DNA of 64,000 bases, taken from contig JABHQR010000013.1 in assembly GCA_018696395.1 (NCBI GenBank), forward strand, positions 1,802 through 65,801, in the 5' to 3' direction. The notes below the pieces were generated by a model. That model saw only the letters and a program-made list of their open reading frames with translations. It was not told the origin of the DNA and did no database searches. The translations under genes were made by a program, and so were the position numbers. How positions within the stretch are numbered: position 1 is the stretch's first letter; every line of letters starts with the position of its first letter. This DNA is from an archaeon. Lineage in GTDB: Archaea > Nanobdellota > Nanobdellia > Woesearchaeales > GW2011-AR9. Shown here piece after piece: positions 50,234 through 60,009 of this stretch.

Positions 50234-51676
50234 TTAACTTATCAAATTATTTAAAAAATTAATTAATATATTCTCTTTACCTAGATATTCTTCTTTCAAC
50301 CTAATAATATCTTGGTATCCTTTTTTGATACCATAATCTAATAAAAATTGAGAAGATTGGTCCAATTCTTTACCTTCTTTTTTGTTAGAAAATTCAAATC
50401 TTAAATATCTTTCAACATCACCATGTTCATATAACATATTAAGGAAATTTTCTTGATTTAAATCAGAATTTTTAAACTTAAATCCCTTTTCTTTATTTTT
50501 AGTTCCAACAAAATAAGATTGATATAACTTCATACTGTGGTTATAATAATTAGAATTGGTCTCAGTATTTTCTAAAAGTAATCTTCCCAGATATAATTTA
50601 GTATCATGATCTAAATGTAATTCATTAAAATGAGGAGATGCAAGTGATTTACTTTGAAAATCAAAAAGATAATCACATAGATTCAATTTATCTGAATCGT
50701 TGATATCCTCTGTGTTTAAAAAATAACCATTTAAAAATTGTCTAATCGTTTCAAATGTAAATTTCAAATCTTGTGTCATCTTAATTTTTTGTTTTAAATT
50801 ATTTTTCTTAGACGGCAGATCTTTGATTATAGAAAGATATGAACTAACCATTAATTTTATGGCATCAATACTTTCAGAAGAGCTATCAATATTCCAATTT
50901 ACTGGTTTGTTAACAAGAGTAGTTAATTTTTTTGAATCTAAATTCACCCAACTAAGTGAACTTTTCTCTTTACCTTCAACAATATACTTTGCCAAAAGTA
51001 AGTAAGCACCATAATCTAAGTTCGTACCATATTTGAAATTATTATCTTCCTGTAAAGCAACCAATTTAATGATTGAACCTTCTTTCTTCAACTCGTTTTT
51101 CTTCCCAACATACTTGTGGTATAATGACCTTGCTAACACTATGTTTTGAAGTTGATGATATTTAGAATTAAATTCAAATGGTTCTTTTTTTGAAGCTTTA
51201 TTAATTAATTTTATTGCACCATCAAAATCCCCTTGTTCTAAGAAAGATTTAGCATAATCTAAATCAACCAGGTTGTCATCTGAAACATCAAATTCATCAG
51301 GTGAGTAATTAGTTCTTTCTTCAAGATTAAGTAAATCAATTTGACATACTACAAAATTAAGTTTTTTAAGATGTGAGTTCGCAGAATTGACCATATTACT
51401 ATCATCACTATGTTTAGAAACTAATTCAAACAATTTTAATGATTTTTCAATATCATCGTTAGCAGAAGAATACCTGCCTTTGTCAAAATCTTTTTTAAAT
51501 CTATTAACACGAAGAACTCCCTCTTTAAATGCAAATTCAAAATCATCTGGAAAAAAATGACCTAGATCACAAGAATTAAGATATTGTTCACACAGATTAA
51601 TACATTTCTCCAAGTCATCAGAGTATAGTTCTAATTCCTTACTACACATATTTCGCTTTTGTTTTTGGCAATCCAT
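50234..51676 (-). CDS. Helical-repeat (TPR-like) protein
   Basis: AKSFLEQGDFDGAIKLINKASKKEP and FDKGRYSSANDDIEKSLKLF TPR-like units. Confidence 0.55.
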   Translation of the reverse strand: MDCQKQKRNMCSKELELYSDDLEKCINLCEQYLNSCDLGHFFPDDFEFAFKEGVLRVNRFKKDFDKGRYSSANDDIEKSLKLFELVSKHSDDSNMVNSANSHLKKLNFVVCQIDLLNLEERTNYSPDEFDVSDDNLVDLDYAKSFLEQGDFDGAIKLINKASKKEPFEFNSKYHQLQNIVLARSLYHKYVGKKNELKKEGSIIKLVALQEDNNFKYGTNLDYGAYLLLAKYIVEGKEKSSLSWVNLDSKKLTTLVNKPVNWNIDSSSESIDAIKLMVSSYLSIIKDLPSKKNNLKQKIKMTQDLKFTFETIRQFLNGYFLNTEDINDSDKLNLCDYLFDFQSKSLASPHFNELHLDHDTKLYLGRLLLENTETNSNYYNHSMKLYQSYFVGTKNKEKGFKFKNSDLNQENFLNMLYEHGDVERYLRFEFSNKKEGKELDQSSQFLLDYGIKKGYQDIIRLKEEYLGKENILINFLNNLIS

Positions 51677-51703
51677 TTTAAATTAAATTTGTTTAAGGTA
51701 AAA

Positions 51704-53398
51704 TTATTTTTTATTACGCCTCAGATATATCATCAAATCTGTAATTTCACTAGCATTATTACCACAACTGGCTATTTTTTCAGTTAACTGATTTATTTTA
51801 GTACCATAACTTTCACTTTCTTTTTCAGATAAATGTAATTTATCTTTTATTCCTATAATATGATCAATTGTACTTTGATAATTTAAATTATCAATAGAAT
51901 CTATTACTTCAGGATTAGCACCACCATCTTTGAAACTAAATTTACTTTTACGAGTATTCAAATGGTAATTATTATCTTCAGCGATACCCAAAACTAAATT
52001 ACTTAATTTAACAAGTTTTTCTTTTTCTTCAGTTAGCTGAGACTGATAAGTTTTAATACTTGCATCTGTTTTTCCCTTATTTCGAATATACCTATCTTTT
52101 TTAGTGGTGTGTTCAGATTCTTTGGTTTTGAATGTATTTTTCCTTACTTCTAACCAATTAGAAACAGAATCAATAGTACTATGAAGATAAGATTTCATTC
52201 TTTCTTTTTCTTCAAGCGAAATTGTTTCATCACCTTTTTTCCACCCAATTAGATTTTTATAATCAGTATCGATTAATTTTTTAACATCGTTTTCTAAATC
52301 ATTATGATTATAATCGGGGGTTTCGTCTAATTTTTTATTTAATTCAGTACACTTAATTCTTACTTCATCAATTGGACGAAATATATTTTCAATTATACCT
52401 CCTTCCTTATTATTAACCCAACTAACTTGATGATACTTTTTCACAATTTTTTCTTGTAAAGCAAATCTTAATTGTTTAGCAGAAGGAATGTTTCGATTAC
52501 TTCTAGATGCAACCCCAGTAAATTGATCTCCCCCTGGGCCAAATTCAAGACCAAGTCTATCTTGCAAAAACTCACCATACCTGCCCATACTTGCTAAACC
52601 ATAAGCATCTTCTTTTTTCTCAAGGAACATAAAGACCATAATTGCAGAATCAATATCAGTTGCAAAATAATCAGTGATGATTTTTTTACTAGAGTTATCC
52701 CAATCAGATAAAGGAGATAATGAAAAAGGTTTACGTAAAGGATCTTCAGAAAGACTATATTTACTACTAGAAAGTTCTTTTGATTTAGGATATTTATTAC
52801 TCCCTCCTGGGATTGGATCAGCCATTAATACTTGTTTTTCAAATAAGTCTAAATCTAGATTTTTCTGAACTAATGAATCATTAATATCAAAACCCAATAG
52901 AATATTATCTAATTTTAGATCATTGTGAGTATGACCTTTCTCATGTAATTCTTCCAACCTTAAGAATAAGAAGTACATTGTTTTATCAATTAAATAATCT
53001 TTTGTCCGATTATCAAATTCAGCAGGATTATTTTGTTGAAGTGAATCAAAATTTTTAATTAAATCATATAAACTGGTACCCCCATATTCCATCAACATGC
53101 CGGGTGTTGTCCCATTTTCCCTTTTGATTTTATTTTGAAACCCTAATACTTTAACAAAACCAGGCATGTTATAAGGGTTATTTTCATTAGATAAAAATTC
53201 TGATTTTTCTTTAAACTCTTTTTTAATATCATCTTCTTCTTTATTTAAAAATTTTAATGCATACCTCATGCCAGGGTTAGATTCGCAAGTTGCATTGTAT
53301 ACCAATCCAACACTACCATCTCCAATTGTTTTTAAACCTAACATTAATTCTAAATCTTCACCTTGATTTGTTGTAAATTTAACTGTTTCTGTAGTCAT
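51704..53398 (-). CDS. Soluble Hanks-type Ser/Thr protein kinase with C-terminal coiled coil
   Basis: IGDGSVGLVY Gly loop, YALKF, MLMEY hinge, HNDLKLDNILL catalytic loop; DFG replaced by MADP. Confidence 0.85.
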   Translation of the reverse strand: MTTETVKFTTNQGEDLELMLGLKTIGDGSVGLVYNATCESNPGMRYALKFLNKEEDDIKKEFKEKSEFLSNENNPYNMPGFVKVLGFQNKIKRENGTTPGMLMEYGGTSLYDLIKNFDSLQQNNPAEFDNRTKDYLIDKTMYFLFLRLEELHEKGHTHNDLKLDNILLGFDINDSLVQKNLDLDLFEKQVLMADPIPGGSNKYPKSKELSSSKYSLSEDPLRKPFSLSPLSDWDNSSKKIITDYFATDIDSAIMVFMFLEKKEDAYGLASMGRYGEFLQDRLGLEFGPGGDQFTGVASRSNRNIPSAKQLRFALQEKIVKKYHQVSWVNNKEGGIIENIFRPIDEVRIKCTELNKKLDETPDYNHNDLENDVKKLIDTDYKNLIGWKKGDETISLEEKERMKSYLHSTIDSVSNWLEVRKNTFKTKESEHTTKKDRYIRNKGKTDASIKTYQSQLTEEKEKLVKLSNLVLGIAEDNNYHLNTRKSKFSFKDGGANPEVIDSIDNLNYQSTIDHIIGIKDKLHLSEKESESYGTKINQLTEKIASCGNNASEITDLMIYLRRNKK

Positions 53399-53399
53399 T

Positions 53400-54332
53400 T
53401 TATTTTTCCCCCATTAAATAAATTGAATTTATTTTTTCATCACGATTGTAACTTAAAGAGCTTTCTAACTCAAAAATTTTATTTTTACCTAAAACGTACT
53501 TACTCAAACTTCCTTCTGTTAAAACAATTAATTCTTGTTCATTTTTTGAAAAGTAGAACCCCATAATCGGCGAACTAAAAGATTTAACCCTACTATTAAC
53601 ACCAGAAGCAATATCAAGTGAAAAGAGATTACTTGACACTGAATAAACTAATTTTGAGTTTTCTAGTAACTGAAGATTATTTGTAATCAACCTATTATCA
53701 GAGCATTCATTTGACAAAGTACTGACACAACCAATTTTGTTAGAATTATTTTTCAAATTTAATTTAATTATTCCGCCAAAATTATTTCCTAAATAAACAT
53801 TGGATTCATCACAACACATTGAAGTAATGTGTCCTTTATTAAGCTTAAATTTAGATCCTTCTGAAATTAGATCCCCTAAATTATCTGAGAAAAATAAATT
53901 CCCCCTTTCATAAGTAAATATCTTTTTACTATTACAACCCAATCCCATTGGATTTAAGAAACCATCACAATATTTAATGATAAAAAAATCTTTTTTTCCT
54001 GAATCAACTTCAATCTTGTCTGTGTTGCCATTAATGTAAAAATCACTTAATGGAACTTTTAATACACCAACAAAACTATGGGAAGCCAACAAATAATTTT
54101 CATCATTAGTAGAATTGTTAAAAAGTATGATATCATTAAATTTTGATTGACTCCATTTTCCAAAATTAAGTGAAATATTTTCTAATTCAACCTTTTTAAT
54201 TTGACCAGATTCTAAATTCAATAAATCAACACCATAACTGTGACCTAAACCCAAATGAGGTACACCTAAAATGTGTAAAGGTTTAATTGATTGATAATTT
54301 TTACTGGTCCTTACTAAATCTTTTAGTTTCAT
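53400..54332 (-). CDS. WD40-like beta-propeller protein
   Basis: GHITSMCCDESNVYLGNNFGGIIKLNL, SPIMGFYFSKNEQELIVLTEGSLSKYVL blades. Confidence 0.6.
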   Translation of the reverse strand: MKLKDLVRTSKNYQSIKPLHILGVPHLGLGHSYGVDLLNLESGQIKKVELENISLNFGKWSQSKFNDIILFNNSTNDENYLLASHSFVGVLKVPLSDFYINGNTDKIEVDSGKKDFFIIKYCDGFLNPMGLGCNSKKIFTYERGNLFFSDNLGDLISEGSKFKLNKGHITSMCCDESNVYLGNNFGGIIKLNLKNNSNKIGCVSTLSNECSDNRLITNNLQLLENSKLVYSVSSNLFSLDIASGVNSRVKSFSSPIMGFYFSKNEQELIVLTEGSLSKYVLGKNKIFELESSLSYNRDEKINSIYLMGEK

Positions 54333-54349
54333 ATTTTTTATTTTATTTT

Positions 54350-55954
54350 CTAGCGTTTTACTATTTTAATCGTCCCATTTTGAGAAAGATAAATATTACC
54401 TTCAAATCCAATATTATTTGAATTGTCAGGAACTGAAAGTTGAGGAGATTCCAAACTAATACCAAAATGTTTCTTTACTAATGAATCTTCAGATTCTTTT
54501 TCTATTGGATCTTTTTTATCGTAGATAAGGATATTATTTAATTTTTCAATGTCATCCATAAGTGCAAAATAACTTGATTTCTGGTTTCTATTTAAGTAAT
54601 TAAGAAACCCTTCTGGATTCACAAACTGATTTCTAAACCGATGTAATCCATTAAGAAATAAACCTTTTCCACCCCTCCCATTAATTTCTTGAAAATAGCA
54701 ATTGTTTAATGGATTATAATCCATAGATGGATAAATTTCTAAAGGTTTATCTTTTGATGAGATAGAACTAACCAACAATTGAACACCGTTCTTATTTATT
54801 GCAGCATTAACTAATTTTCGATTAGATTGATTTCTAAAAAAATATCCTTCTAAAAGAGGAGTTAATTTACCAATGACTTTTCCAAAATTTGTTCTATTAA
54901 AAACTTTTTGAAAAGGTTGTTCATAACCTTTTTGAGGAATAATCATAGGCAATATAAAGTCTTTATCATGAATCCCAGCAACACCTAATAATTTAATTCC
55001 ACCTTGATTATCTGATCTTGACAGCACCCCATTATAAAGTTCATTAGTAGATTCATTTAGCCGGTCTAAATCATAATTTGTTAATCCAACTAATCTGTCG
55101 GTCATATCATTACATACCGAACTAATAATATTTAACATTATTGAAGGTTCATTAGCAGCAACAATATAAACTGGCAAACTTTTTTTATTCAGACTTAACC
55201 CCATAACTGCATTTTTAATTAGTTCTGCCCTCTCTAAAAAGATGGGAATATTAAAGGGAACAAGCTCATATATCCTATGACCCCTAGGGTTATTTTTAGA
55301 GCCATGATTAAAATTACTTGCTAAAGTATCCATTGTATCTATTGCAAATTTCAAATTACGAACATAAACATCACGTTCAATACAGATCTTACCATTTAAA
55401 TTACAATTATCAGAATAAGATTTGTAAAATTCATTTAAGAGATTATTAGTATAATTTGTTTCATCGTTGTTATCAATTAAATTATTTGCAAGTTTATTAA
55501 CCAAACCATCTAAATAATCTTCACCTTGAACAAATTTTCTAATATCATTAAAAATACTTTCAGGAACATGGGGGCCAGTAGCATCAAAAATCACATCACA
55601 AGATGAGAAAAAATCTTTAAAATCATTTAACCCTGTACCTTTATTTTTATTTTTATCATTGTCACAATAACTAATCTTTGGGCCTAATTGATTAACATTA
55701 AAACCAAATTTTCTGAATTCAACTTCACATATTTTCTTGAAATTACCTAAATCAGAATACCCATAATTATAAAAAATTATTTCTTCATAATTACTTGAAA
55801 ACATATCACGCATATCTGAAAGGTCGTAATTAACAATAGGGTTCCCATAATTATCTAAAATTGCAGCACTCGCTTTATCTTGACTAGAAATCTTATTCAA
55901 CAATAGTTTGACAAGGTTTCCCTTACCAATTATCCCTAAGGTTTTTTTACTCAT
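54350..55954 (-). CDS. Divergent lactate/malate dehydrogenase-fold protein with large insertions
   Basis: LGIIGKGNL Rossmann start, CDVIFDATG, R..ELVPFNIPIF, IVAANEP, VGLTNYDLDRL, AGIHD align with LDH/MDH motifs (N..I, NP, D..R, GxH). Confidence 0.6.
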   Translation of the reverse strand: MSKKTLGIIGKGNLVKLLLNKISSQDKASAAILDNYGNPIVNYDLSDMRDMFSSNYEEIIFYNYGYSDLGNFKKICEVEFRKFGFNVNQLGPKISYCDNDKNKNKGTGLNDFKDFFSSCDVIFDATGPHVPESIFNDIRKFVQGEDYLDGLVNKLANNLIDNNDETNYTNNLLNEFYKSYSDNCNLNGKICIERDVYVRNLKFAIDTMDTLASNFNHGSKNNPRGHRIYELVPFNIPIFLERAELIKNAVMGLSLNKKSLPVYIVAANEPSIMLNIISSVCNDMTDRLVGLTNYDLDRLNESTNELYNGVLSRSDNQGGIKLLGVAGIHDKDFILPMIIPQKGYEQPFQKVFNRTNFGKVIGKLTPLLEGYFFRNQSNRKLVNAAINKNGVQLLVSSISSKDKPLEIYPSMDYNPLNNCYFQEINGRGGKGLFLNGLHRFRNQFVNPEGFLNYLNRNQKSSYFALMDDIEKLNNILIYDKKDPIEKESEDSLVKKHFGISLESPQLSVPDNSNNIGFEGNIYLSQNGTIKIVKR

Positions 55955-55992
55955 TGATTAGTACCTATTGCAAGATGGTAACACCTAGCTTG

Positions 55993-56007
55993 TATTTAAA
56001 ACTTGTT
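55993..56007 (-). promoter_or_regulatory. Putative BRE+TATA promoter for the kinase/phosphatase operon
   Basis: Minus strand AACAAGT-TTTAAATA ~40 bp upstream of the ATG at 55954. Confidence 0.45.
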
Positions 56008-56218
56008 ATCCAACAGCCCCTTTTTAATAACGACACAGTGATTAAAACTGGATAAAAATTGATTTTAATAAATATTTATTACAATTTAATGGACAATTGA
56101 TTTAATCAAATGTAGTATAGGACAATACAACATATGATTATTAAATATTTCAATCTAAGTCAAATAAAGACTAAAGGTAGGTGTTTTGTAAGGAAAATTA
56201 TTTATATTACAACCAATA

Positions 56219-56980
56219 TTGTATGATAATACTATGAAAGAAAACATCTTAATGGACCTAGGACTTTCTAAGAACGAGTCTAAGATATATTTATCATTAT
56301 TAGAGCAAGGCATTTCTACTGCAACACAAGTTGCAGAAAAAAGTGGGATTCATAGAGTTAATGTCTATGATTCATTAAATAAATTAAAAGAAAAAGATTT
56401 GGTTGGAGAGATAAATATTTCTAATAAGAAATGTTATCAAGCCTCACCCCCAGAAACATTAAAAAATATTATTAAAGAAAAAGAAATGCAATTAAATAAA
56501 ATTCTACCACAATTAGCTTTATTTCAACAAATGAATCAAAAAAAAATTGATGTCCAAGTATATACTGGATATGATTTTATTAGAAAAATCATGTTAAAAT
56601 TTCTTAATATGAAAGAAGATATTTATGTTATGGACGCACCAAAGTTTATTTTAGAAAGAGTGGGAAAGGAGTTTCAAGAAGCGATACATAAAAGAAGAAT
56701 TTCGCAAAAACAAACTATGTGGCATCTTTATAGTAAAGAAGCGATTGATCGAGTTAAAATTCTTAATACTTACCCACACACAGAAGCTAAATGTCTTGAA
56801 CAAGAACATAGTAACTATGTAACTACCTTCCTTTGTGGGGACGAATCAGTTATTGTAATTCATGACGAAACACAAAATAAAAAAACATGCACTTCAATAA
56901 GAATTAAAAATAATGGACTTGCAAAAACTTACAAAAACCATTTTGAAATTCTTTGGAAAAGAAGTAAAAAACCAGAATAA
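56219..56980 (+). CDS. TrmB-family transcriptional regulator
   Basis: LGLSKNESKIYLSLL...ATQVAEKSGIHRVNVYDSLNKL..K.LV wHTH; C-terminal ...FEILWK. Confidence 0.9.
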   Translation: MYDNTMKENILMDLGLSKNESKIYLSLLEQGISTATQVAEKSGIHRVNVYDSLNKLKEKDLVGEINISNKKCYQASPPETLKNIIKEKEMQLNKILPQLALFQQMNQKKIDVQVYTGYDFIRKIMLKFLNMKEDIYVMDAPKFILERVGKEFQEAIHKRRISQKQTMWHLYSKEAIDRVKILNTYPHTEAKCLEQEHSNYVTTFLCGDESVIVIHDETQNKKTCTSIRIKNNGLAKTYKNHFEILWKRSKKPE

Positions 56981-57001
56981 ACATAATAATATATTGTCCA
57001 T

Positions 57002-58240
57002 TTACTCATTCAAATTTTTTTCTAGCCAAGCATTAAATCTATTCTTTGCTTCATCAACATAAATTTCTTGACCATCACCATAAAGGTCTTTGAAAAGATC
57101 TTTAATCATAGAATCGTATTTGTCATTTTTTAATCTTAATTCTGAAAGTTGAGAATTTAATTCCATATTGTCTTCAATTAAACTCATCCTATCAAGTAAC
57201 ATGTGCTGATTTAATTCAGGATCATCAGATGAATTTTGTTTTAATCCAATCAATTTTTGATATTCAGAATTAAGATTATCATTATATGATGTCAATTGTT
57301 TAATCTTTACATCTTTCTTATTCAACTCTTCTTGGTTCCGAGACATTAACATTTTAACATATTGGTGTTGTTCCAAAGTGATCTTAGTTTTAATAGATTT
57401 AATTTCTTCTTCATGACCTGATTTTAATTGACTAATTATCACAGAGAAAAATTCATCCTTTTCAGAAAAAACAAATTGATGATATTCACAAAATTGTTTA
57501 AAGTTAGATAAAGAAGTATCACTTAAATTTCTTAATAACCCAAGTTCATATTTTAATCTTTTCTTATCCCTCACTAATTTAATTTTTTCTATTTCAACTT
57601 GTTTATATTTTTCAAAAATACCTATAAATTCACCATTAAGTTCATCAAAAGCATCGCACTTAGATTGATATTCAGATTTTAAATCACCTAGATCATTACT
57701 AACTTGGCCCAATCTTTCTTCAGAGTATGATAATTTATGTTCTGTATTAGATAGCATAACTAATAATTCAGTTTCTTTATCTCTTCTATCAGAGATATGT
57801 GCTGAAGCTTTATTCTTTAAAACTTCACAATTAATTTCTTCTTGTTGTGATACTTTATCTTCTAACCGACTGAGAGTTAATTTTTTATTTCTGTTAGAGA
57901 TAGTTAATTTTTCAACTTGTTGACATAATTCATCATTAACCTTTTCACTTTCTCTAAGCTCATTTTCAAGATAAGAAATTTCTTGAGATTTAACAAGCAA
58001 TTCACTTTTAACAGCATGAAATTCACTTACTCCTGCCGCAACATTAAGAAATTCAGCTAATTCTTCAAGATCAAATAGACAGGAATTATTTTGAACATAA
58101 ACATCCCTAGTAGGATCATATTTTAAATTAAACTTTTCAAGAAGATTGTATAACTGTCCTTCTTTAATATTTGGATTAAGACCAGAAGCATTAAGAATTG
58201 CAATACCAGTTTTATCAAAGTGATCAGACATATATATCAA
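57002..58240 (-). CDS. Coiled-coil protein sharing homologous segments with the PP2C C-terminus
   Basis: ERLGQVSNDLGDLKSEYQSKC... and LRNLSDTSLSNFKQFCEYH match PP2C segments. Confidence 0.75.
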   Translation of the reverse strand: MIYMSDHFDKTGIAILNASGLNPNIKEGQLYNLLEKFNLKYDPTRDVYVQNNSCLFDLEELAEFLNVAAGVSEFHAVKSELLVKSQEISYLENELRESEKVNDELCQQVEKLTISNRNKKLTLSRLEDKVSQQEEINCEVLKNKASAHISDRRDKETELLVMLSNTEHKLSYSEERLGQVSNDLGDLKSEYQSKCDAFDELNGEFIGIFEKYKQVEIEKIKLVRDKKRLKYELGLLRNLSDTSLSNFKQFCEYHQFVFSEKDEFFSVIISQLKSGHEEEIKSIKTKITLEQHQYVKMLMSRNQEELNKKDVKIKQLTSYNDNLNSEYQKLIGLKQNSSDDPELNQHMLLDRMSLIEDNMELNSQLSELRLKNDKYDSMIKDLFKDLYGDGQEIYVDEAKNRFNAWLEKNLNE

Positions 58241-58315
58241 AAAAGATAATTACTATTTATAGTTTTCCAAGATAAACTACTTGAAAGTAGTCTCAATCAC
58301 CAGATTAATATTTAT

Positions 58316-59566
58316 TCAAATCAAATACTCTACCAATTTGTAAACTATCCCTACTACAAACAAAACAATCAAAATATAACTTAAAAATTTAGGTAATTTA
58401 AGGGAATATTCTGGTTCACGATTGCCTAACTTTTTAGCTTTCCAATATGCAAGAATAATCAAGATCGCTTCTGTCCCACCGGTAACACAACCTGTGAAAG
58501 CTAATGCAGAAATAAAAGTAGTAAAATTCCCTAATGACAAAATCATTGGAACACTTAATGTTAATACTAAGGCAAGATTTTTATTTATTTTATAATCATA
58601 TTCATAAACTTCAGATAAAGCTATTGATAAAGTTAAAAAAGTAGTAAACATAGTAAACACTGCAAAAATGTTTGCCAACAAACCCAACAATGAACCACTG
58701 TAAACACTCAATGCAACTGTTGCAATTCGTTCATTAGCACTTAACAATTCAAAATTTTCTAAACCAACAATGCCAACAACAATCAATGAGAATAAAAAAT
58801 ACAACACTAAAGGGATAATACTACCAACAATTATTGCACTTTTGAAATCTTTTTTATTTTTTCCAAATTGTTCATTAATTTCTGGAACTGCTGCAATTCC
58901 CATGAATGAAAATAAAATAACACCATAAGGTAAAAAGAAGCCTGCTGGATTAAATGTGTTGAAGTTTGAAACACTAATATTTTTCAAAGAAAATAATCCA
59001 ATTAAAAAAACAATCAGAATTAAAATAGAAATTATTACTAACTCAACTTCCCCGGCAGCCTTAACACCCCTATAAATAATCAATGATGCAATGATAAAAA
59101 ATAATATTGAATAAAAATGTGTTTGTAAAATTGTTATTAAAGATATTGGGATAAATGATAAGCTTGCAATAAAAGTAGGTTCACCAAAAATAGATTTTAA
59201 AACTTCTCCTTCACCAATCAGAAAAGCTGTTAATGCACCATAAATTCCAAATACCATGGCAAGAGTCATTAACCATTTACCATATTTGCCCAAATATTTT
59301 CCAATGTAACCAGTTAATTGAAATTTTTCTTTGGTACGAAGAATCATTTCACCACTATATAAGTTTAGTAAAACAAATGCCGCACCAAGTAAAATAATAA
59401 GTAAAGAACCATAAATAAAGCCACCTTTAGCCAAAACATAAGGTATACCTAAAATTCCTGCACCAACAATTGTCCCAGCCAAAGTTGCAACAGCAACCAG
59501 AAATTGATGTTTAGTTTTTAATTTTGATAATAAACTACCAAATAAATTCAACCTCTTTTTCGCCAT
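58316..59566 (-). CDS. Amino-acid permease (aromatic amino acid/HAAAP-like)
   Basis: GTIVGAGILGIPY TM1 motif, many hydrophobic segments, PYGVILFS, FTTFL. Confidence 0.88.
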   Translation of the reverse strand: MAKKRLNLFGSLLSKLKTKHQFLVAVATLAGTIVGAGILGIPYVLAKGGFIYGSLLIILLGAAFVLLNLYSGEMILRTKEKFQLTGYIGKYLGKYGKWLMTLAMVFGIYGALTAFLIGEGEVLKSIFGEPTFIASLSFIPISLITILQTHFYSILFFIIASLIIYRGVKAAGEVELVIISILILIVFLIGLFSLKNISVSNFNTFNPAGFFLPYGVILFSFMGIAAVPEINEQFGKNKKDFKSAIIVGSIIPLVLYFLFSLIVVGIVGLENFELLSANERIATVALSVYSGSLLGLLANIFAVFTMFTTFLTLSIALSEVYEYDYKINKNLALVLTLSVPMILSLGNFTTFISALAFTGCVTGGTEAILIILAYWKAKKLGNREPEYSLKLPKFLSYILIVLFVVGIVYKLVEYLI

Positions 59567-59631
59567 ATCAAGAATAAGAACAAACTTTGTGCTTATATAG
59601 TTTACTGTAATAGTTATGATTAAATATAAAG

Positions 59632-59913
59632 TTAATTGTTATATAATTCGTCATCACACCAAACAGAATCTAAACTTTCTTTAAGGCAAATTAATTTGAT
59701 GCTTTCCACAGGGTGTAAGAGCTCATAAAGAGTAGAACCCACCCTTGAAACTAAATTTGTTTCTTGAGATGGTTCAGGAAGCTCATCAAGAGATTCAATT
59801 AAATCCATATATTGTTCATTAGGCAATGATTTTGCATTATAAAGTGTTGTAAACAGATTTGATTCTTGTTTGATTTCATCCCTTCTTAATTCATATGCTT
59901 GTAGTATTGCCAT
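59632..59913 (-). CDS. Hypothetical protein
   Basis: ORF track 59632-59967; internal ATG (MAILQ) at 59913 is the more plausible start. Confidence 0.45.
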   Translation of the reverse strand: MAILQAYELRRDEIKQESNLFTTLYNAKSLPNEQYMDLIESLDELPEPSQETNLVSRVGSTLYELLHPVESIKLICLKESLDSVWCDDELYNN

Positions 59914-60009
59914 GTTGTTGCTACTTAGACATACTATTTTTAAGTGTTTGGATAATATTTTAACCAAAAACCCACTGGACAGGTATACAAATTGTTTATA
60001 AATTAATAA

